The notes under the pieces were generated by a model. The model was given only the letters and a program-made list of their open reading frames with translations, was not told the DNA's origin and did not search any database. The translations under genes were made by a program, and so were the position numbers. A stretch of 64,000 nucleotides of DNA from Callorhinchus milii (Eukaryota): positions 69,938,001 to 70,002,000 of the forward strand of contig NW_024704742.1 in the NCBI RefSeq assembly GCF_018977255.1, in the 5' to 3' direction. Shown here piece by piece: positions 60,531 to 64,000 of the stretch (position 1 is the stretch's first letter; each line of letters begins with the position of its first letter).

Positions 60531-61434
60531 GGAACTCTTTCCCTGGAGAGGTGCACCCTGCTCACCTAACCCTGATAGCGTTTGATGCAGGTTGGCAAGA
60601 ACCAAGACTTGGGGACACCAGAGTGAGCATTGTGGGGGAGGGCAGGGGAGTGGCAACTGCTGAGGTTTGACCAGCGAAAACCAGCAAATTTGAACTTTTT
60701 TGGAAACTGGTTCTTTTACGAACTGTGAATGTTCCATCGATTTGACATGTCTCAGGTCTGAGGAATGTGCTCCTCACTCTGCCCACACCTGGGAACGTGT
60801 TCTGAGGCTGACTGCGGTGTCCTGGCTGGCACAGTGTGATTACCTGGTTGGATTCCTGGGATCATTGATCAGCCGCTGATCGAGTCCTGTTAATGTGGAG
60901 CTTCTGTCAACTGAGTTACCTGGAGTTAGGCAGGTCACAACTCACCATGTTTGACCACAAGCCAAGACACACTGTTCTAACCTCGTGAGGATCAGTATTT
61001 GGAAATCTGGGTAATGATCTATCACAACTGTGGATAACAACAACAAATTCCATGTGTATAGTTCCCTTCTTGTCGGGAGGGCAACCCAAGGTACTGGACA
61101 GTCAAGGATTTGCACCCGAGCTGGGATCCTGTTAGAATTCTTTTCCCCCTCCTCGCTTCCTTCCCTCCTCGCTTCTTTCCCCTCTAACTTCCTTTCCCAA
61201 CGTGCTGGATCATTTTGTGGTGGAAACAGGAAATGATGTCAGCAGAAACTTGATGAGTCTGAAGTTGGCCATTTTGGCTTAGAGGAAAATTGGGATTTTA
61301 TGGCCCCCAAATCCCACGTTATAAGGAGGCTCCTGTGAAGTTTCCGGGAAGACGGACTTCGGTTTCGCCCACAAAATCCACAGGTAATTCACTTTATAAT
61401 CTATGAAGCGCTTTAAGACATCTCAATGACATGA

Positions 61435-62130
61435 TAAGAACATAAGAACCTAAGAAATAGGAGCAAGAGTAGGCTATTCGGCCCCTCGAGCCTGCCCCGT
61501 CATTTAATAAGATCATGGCTGATCTTCTAACCTAATTCCATTAACCTGCCCTATACCCATATCCCTTAATCCCTTTAGTTTTTTAAAAATCTATTGATCC
61601 CAATCTTGAATATGTTCAATAACTGAGAATCCACAGCCTTCTGGGCTAGAGAATTCTATAAATTCACTACTCTCTGAGTGAAGAAATGTTTTCTCAACTC
61701 AGTTCTAAAAGGCTGACCTTTAATCCTGAGACTATGATCCCTAGTTTTAGATTCCCCAACCAGGGGAGACAGTCTCACAATATCTACCCTGTCAAGACCT
61801 TAAGAATCTTATAGGTTTCTATGAAATCACCTCTAATTCTTCCATATTCCAGAGAATATAGGCGTATATTCTACTCAACCTCTTCTCGTAGGTCAACCCT
61901 CTCATCCCAGAAACCAATCTAGTGAACGTACATTGCACCCCCTCTAAGGCAAGTATATCCTTTCTTAAATAAGGAGACCCAAACTACACACAATATTCTA
62001 GGTGCGGTCTCACCAGGGCCCTATACAATTGCAGCAAGACTTCCCTACTCTTGTACTCTAACCCCTTTGCAATAAACGCTAACATCTTATTAGCCTTTCT
62101 AATTGCTTGCTGTACCTGTATACTAACTTC
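61435..62130 (-). mobile_element. CR1 LINE 3' fragment
   Basis: QAIRKANKMLAFIAKGLEYKSREVLLQLYRALVRPHLEYCV; terminal (TTCTTATG)-like repeats. Confidence 0.9.
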
Positions 62131-62679
62131 CATTCCTTGCAAAGGAAAATCACCAAAGAAATTAAAACCATTCTCGCTATCCCTTGACAGGGTGTGAGAT
62201 TCCTTCCCGCAAGCGATTGATTTTAAATGCGGAAGCATTCTTTTGCAATTTCAAGTTCAACCTGAGTTCAACTTTGCTTTGGGGAGTGCCAACCAGTGCC
62301 TTGGCTGTGTGTGAAAGTTGGTTTAATTTTAATTGAGTCTGGCTGGCACTCTGTAACATGTGCTGAAATATCCAGATAAGGAAATTAGTCCTCATTAAAG
62401 CAAAGAGATTTATGGACCTGCTTTCAGATGGAACTGGATAGACGCCGGTCTATTGAACAATGCAGCGGCAATCGACATTGTGGTTCTGAAATTCCATCTT
62501 CTCTGAAACTTGTTGCTAGGTGGACAAGTGGCAGGTCTGCAACAGTGGGATGGAGGCATTAGAGGGGGGTAAGAGGGTGTTTGGGAAATCCCTTGATCCT
62601 TGAGAAAATTGTGATGCCATAATCTTTGAGATAGGTGAGGTAAAACAAAGGATTCATGACAGAAACTCTTTCTGCACCC

Positions 62680-62950
62680 ACCCCCCTCCCTCCGTGCCAT
62701 CACCCATTCCACCTTCCCCAACCTCCGTCACATCGCTCGGCTCCACCACTGCCTCTCCCCTCAGGCATCCAGGCTCAACCATACTTGAGCCTGTTTGTTG
62801 GTCTTCCCAACTCTTCCCTCTACAAGCTTTAGATTATTCAGAACTCTGCAGCTTGTGTTCTCTCCGCACCAGCCTCCATGACCCTGTCACACCATCCTTA
62901 CCTGACTCCACTGGCTCCCCATCCCCCAGCGGATAGAGTTCAAAATCCTC
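62680..62950 (+). mobile_element. L2 LINE fragment
   Basis: IARLHHCL and LHWLPIP-like motifs. Confidence 0.75.
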
Positions 62951-62951
62951 A

Positions 62952-63410
62952 AATGGCTGCCGCATTCGCCCACAATGTGATGTGGTCAATTCACTTTACA
63001 GTCCAATCTGTGAAGCGCTTTAAGATGTTGAGAAGACGTGAAAAGTGCTATATCAAATGGAAGGATTATTATTATTATATAGCGCCTTATCACGTCATTG
63101 AGGCGTCTCAAAGCGCTTCACACAATATGCTGTAAAGTGAATTGACTGACAATTGCCAATTGCGCACAGCAGTGTCCCCACAAACAGTTGTGGATTGAGT
63201 GACCAAATTATTATTTAATTTTTTTAAAGGGATTATTAACTCTGGAAAACGATCTGCCAAAGGACAAACAAGCCGGTTTGTACATACTCCTAAGTAAACA
63301 GAGGCGTGTGGAGTAAGGAAACGTGCCTAAGTTTTCGTCCTGCCTAGGAATCAAATCCAAGTCCTCTCACTTGCGAGGCAAGTGCTCTCACCATTGTGTT
63401 ACAGGACTCC
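62952..63410. mobile_element. Tail-to-tail SINE pair (+ 62952-63078, - ~63075-63410 long variant)
   Basis: Matches to consensus on both strands. Confidence 0.82.
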
Positions 63411-64000
63411 AGATCTGAGTTATTATTGTGAATTATCATAAACAGTGCAAGGACTGACCTAAAGTTCTTCACGTACAGCTTGTGTTATTTTTATAATCCT
63501 TGCATTTTTCATATAGCGTCTTATCACGGGTTTGAGGCATCTCAAAACTCTTCACAGAATATATTGTAAAGTGAATTGACTGTATTTTGTGGGAGAAAAC
63601 GTGGCAGTCAATTGCACACAGCAGTGTCCCACAAACAATGAGTGAGTCCCACTCAATCCACTTTTAGTCCCACAACAGAGCAGCAGACTACCCTTGGGTT
63701 ACAGTGACAGCTCGTCATTTCAGACAGGATGAGCGCCATGAACACAGAAACCCGTCGCCATGCTTAAAGAGTCAGGTTTGCCTACAAAACGCACGGTCAC
63801 TGCAGCCCCTTGGGACGTCCTCCTGACGTGAAAGGCGCTATATAAATGCAACTTGTTGTTGTTATTTATATTGAGGAGCACTCCCAACGTGAATAGCACC
63901 ACATCAGATGTAAGGAATTTTTGTTTTGTTCAGCTGGGTGTCTGACACATGTAGAAACCCATCACCGTGCTTAAGAGAATCAAAACCAACTGAGAATTCC

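Noticed and set aside
32766..64000. Coding exons of a second gene such as SLC4A11
   Set aside because: No recognisable peptide found on either strand; only orphan splice signals

Overview
Repeat-rich vertebrate genomic DNA. The SINE and LINE families resemble those of cartilaginous fish, possibly a chimaera; this is inference from recalled repeat sequences, not a search. Bases 118-32765 carry the last 22 coding exons of a + strand DNAAF9 (C20orf194, Shulin ortholog) gene. I assembled them by hand into a phase-consistent ORF of about 737 aa ending at TAG 32763-32765; the 5' part of the gene lies upstream of the window. The last intron has a U12 (minor spliceosome) signature. Introns and downstream DNA are filled with two tRNA-headed SINE families sharing an L2 tail, L2, CR1 and RTE LINE fragments, a 38-bp minisatellite and a 2.6-kb CT/GT satellite. 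Bases ~35700-40450 are comparatively repeat-poor and may be regulatory. The most notable signals are the U12 intron, a covarying L2/SINE 3' stem-loop, a modular SINE with a recurrent insertion/deletion site, an inverted repeat enclosing two exons, an RTE/L2-tail chimera seen twice, and a minisatellite derived from CR1 coding sequence. Most ORFs in the supplied track are repeat artefacts. Repeat boundaries are approximate.
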